Below, piece after piece: positions 61,023 through 64,000 of a DNA stretch of 64,000 nt (its first letter is position 1; each line of letters opens with the position of its first letter). The notes under the pieces were generated by a model. It made no database searches and was not told the origin of the DNA. It saw only the letters and a program-made list of their open reading frames with translations. A program made the translations under genes and the position numbers. The DNA is taken from NCBI GenBank assembly GCA_043228905.1, contig JBHGNT010000007.1, positions 10,664,001 to 10,728,000 on the forward strand. Reading direction: 5' to 3'. Source of the DNA: Azolla caroliniana (Eukaryota; Plantae; Polypodiophyta).

Positions 61023-64000
61023 CGCATCCAACACCAACGTCCTCAAGAACCGGCTGATCTGGAGCCACTCCCCGTCGTACTTGCCCTTGTTGAACTCATT
61101 AAGCGTCGGAGTGCTCCCTGACCTCGTTGTCACGTAAGCCGACTCGAAGAAGTCCACGCCGACTTCGTCATCCTCCGAAATCATGCCGTCCTCATCATCA
61201 TACCGTGCTCTAGAAAGCATGTCGGCCATGGTGTTGTCTTTTTCAGAAATGTGTTGTATTTCCAGATTCAGGGACTTAATGTACGTGATCCATCTGAGCA
61301 ATGCCAAGTCCGGCGTTGCGCATCCGGAAACCATACCAAGGATTGGCAGGCAGTTCGTCTCGATTATCACCTCCATCTCGATCAAGTAGTCTTTATCGGC
61401 CTTGACTGCCAAAACGATACCCCAGAGTTCGTGTTTAACTTGGGCGTATCCTCGCTGTCGCTCACTCAGCACCTTCGCTCCGAACCAGATGGAGAACCTC
61501 ATACCAGTTTCATCCTAATGGTTGACCACCCATCCTATCCCGGTCAGGCTCGTGTCTACCATTATGTAGATTGGGACGTCCTTGCTGTATACCGCTTTCC
61601 GGAGCGTCGATGTCGTGGTTAGCACCTCCTTCATTTTAGAAACCGACTCCGCATGCTCCTCACTGCACTCGAATTTACGCCCCTTCTTCAACAACCTGTA
61701 GAGCGAGTCAGCGACATGCGCGTAATGCGGAATCCAGATATGGTAGAACATGCATGTACCCAAGAACCTCTGCACCTCCGTAATTGATTTGCATTCTTCC
61801 TTCATTGCGGAGATTACCTCTACCTTCGCGGGAGACGGTTTCCGGCCGTAAGGCCCGCACAAGTGTCCGACCACTAGGATCTCCATCTACCCGAAAGCCG
61901 ACTTCTCTCCAGAGAAGGTGAGTCGCGCATCCTCTAGCCTTTCCAGCACCTTCTCACAGTCGCCGATGTGGTCCACTATGAATCTTTGGCATCCGTCCAG
62001 CCCAACCGTTTCGTCCTTCTCTCCCACCGAACACCCCTTTATCGGGATGTCATCCAAGAATGGCATGGTGATGTCTGGGATGCAGTCCCTCAGCACCTTA
62101 TTCATTGCATTCACCATGTGCGCCACCGAGTTGGTCCCTCCTTGCAGTAGGGTACACATCCGTACTAGCCCGAGAGGAGTTCGCATCGTCGTCATGTCCC
62201 TGCTTTTCACAACTAGTTGGAACTGTTCATACCCTGAGTACAAATCCCCAACTAAATAGATCGACCTTCAGGTGAAGGCCTCCGCGAACTCATCAATGGT
62301 TGGTCTGATACCCGTGTTCCAGATGGTCACCTTGTAGACCGGCTGCAGGTCTTGAATGAAGCACAACGTGCCATTCTTCTTTGGCACGGTAAACCACCGA
62401 TTCGAATATGGGGCACTTGACGGCTCGAGAATGCCCATCTACACCTTCTGCTTTAGCAGCTCCATCAACTTTGGGATGTGAGCTCTGGGCACCAGAATTG
62501 GCTTGAGATTCCACGGCACATGCGGTACCGTGAAGATCACCATTGGTTCCACGATCGTCGGGTCTATGCACCCAATCTCCCCCGACGTGAATGGGAAGGC
62601 CCTCCCGTGCCTTCCGAGCATTCTCTGAAACCGGTCCTCCTTCGCCGGTAGTAGAAAGCCACCCCCACTGACCTTGAGCTCCCGTAGCGTTATGTTGGTA
62701 AACCAGTGTCGCAAAAATATGACGAGGATACGCGAACTTGAGGCAGGACCCCGGGGCCTCCGATCGGAAGATATGAGATTCGTGCTTTTATTTTTTTAAC
62801 AATTAACGGAAATAAGAAATTTCATAATTTTCATTAACAAAGGAAAAGAAATTACAATATGTCTCAAGATTGGGATTCAAAAGTTTTAGCTTATGGAGAT
62901 TACTCGAATAATAAATTAGAAGAAACAAAATATGGATTCAATAGAAATTTAGGGTTTTTGGCTTTGATAAGAGATTTTAGATTTTGAGAGATATGGCTTC
63001 CGTAGGAAAATTTAGGGTTTATGGCTTCCGTAAGGAAATTAGGGTTTTTGAGTGTTATGGCTTCCGTAGGGAAGATTAGGGTTTACTTGAGAGATAACTT
63101 CCCCCTCCTCATCGAAAAATTATGAGTTTATGAGTCCTTAGCCCCCTTGATTCACGGATTCTTTCTTCTTCTTTTTTTGTCCTTCCCTTGCATGTGTCTC
63201 ACATGGCGTTTACTTTAGTTTTCTTCACTTTACTTTAGTTTGTTGCATGATCTCCACCTTTTGTTGCACACCTTCCACATCACCTTTACTTTTTGCATAC
63301 ACTCCCACTTTAGTTGCTTGCATCCACATGGCCTTTACTTTAGTTCTCTTCACTTCACTTTAGTTTGTTGCATGATCCAATCTTCCGTCCGTCCATGTCC
63401 AACCTCGTCCGGCAGCCGGTTCCGCCCGATCGCCGAATCCCTCGCCGACCGGTTCCATTTTGCTTGCCAGCCGGTTCTGGTTCTGGTTCTGGTTTTGCTT
63501 ACTAGCCGGTTTCCAGTTTTGCTTACTGGCCGGTTTCCAGTTTCCAAATTTGCATACCGGCCAGTTTCCGGATGTGCATACCGGCCGGTTTCTAGATTTG
63601 CTTACCGGCCGGTTTCCAGATTTGCATACCGGCCGGTTTCCGGATTTGCTTACCCGCCGGTTTCCGGATTTTGGGAACTTGGCCACCATAATCCATCAAG
63701 AAAAAGTGGCCAAACTGCTCTTAGCACAAATGATAAATGAGGGATCCCAATGTGCCTATATAGCCAGGGCCTTAAGTTTCCTATCTAGGTGGGATAAATA
63801 ATAGTTCTATTTTTCCCTATCTTCTCAAGCATCCATCTTTCTATAACATGCCATTAAGCTAATATAAAGTACTTATTTTATTATTTATTTTTTTACATAG
63901 TGTGAGAAGATTCACACGACACCGGTGTCCTATGCCGGCCGGATTCCGTAAACTTGGGTCCGACGCGACCCCCTTTTTCCGCTCCCCGCTGCCCTCCGGC
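61023..64000 (-). mobile_element. Ty3/gypsy element 4 pol fragment (family of gypsy 1/2), running off the window
   Basis: TVPHVPW, FLDD and RNase H ORFs at 61017-62714; the sequence continues at 63922-64000 after the solo LTR. Confidence 0.88.
62707..63921. repeat. Probable solo LTR (1.2 kb) with internal 24-bp tandem repeats
   Basis: TGTCG...CGACA ends; 4-bp TSD CCAG/CCGG; gypsy 4 is continuous across it; CCGGTTTCC.GATTTGC.TACCGG units at ~63505-63670. Confidence 0.78.

Noticed and set aside
63240-63801. Repeat-protein ORFs (RFAYRPVS)n
   Set aside because: They are translations of a 24-bp tandem repeat inside a solo LTR, open in several frames.
1-64000. Numerous short antisense and overlapping ORFs as host genes
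   Set aside because: They overlap GC-rich retroelement coding regions or LTRs and carry no recognisable domains.

Overview
Eukaryotic, almost certainly land-plant DNA (a bryophyte or other non-seed plant is my inference from the TE lineages). The window is one deeply nested transposon cluster with no recognisable host gene. Nesting reconstructed from LTR ends, PBS/PPT sites and target-site duplications (TSDs): decayed LINE > copia A > Tnt1/Tork-like copia H (2822-43281) > copia B (4456-42777) > an odd LTR-bounded element with inverted ends (9419-34390) > a ~10 kb DNA transposon (~23918-34130) > gypsy 1 > copia C and a near-intact LINE. The last two DNA-transposon steps are inferred from position, not TSDs. 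Further right lie gypsy 2 (full length), copia D/E/F/G, gypsy 3/4 and solo LTRs; copia F has apparently identical LTRs. The most unusual object is the DNA transposon. It carries a spliced Sola2-type (DFAENY/SD/HGKG..DG) DDD transposase and a convergent six-exon gene (RING-like plus FCP1/HAD-like domains) that the ORF track splits into pieces. It also has a CACTA-like right terminus, and introns filled with tandem arrays, chiefly a palindromic TAGCTAATTAGCTA motif that also sits at the terminus. All family assignments come from motif recognition by eye, not database searches.
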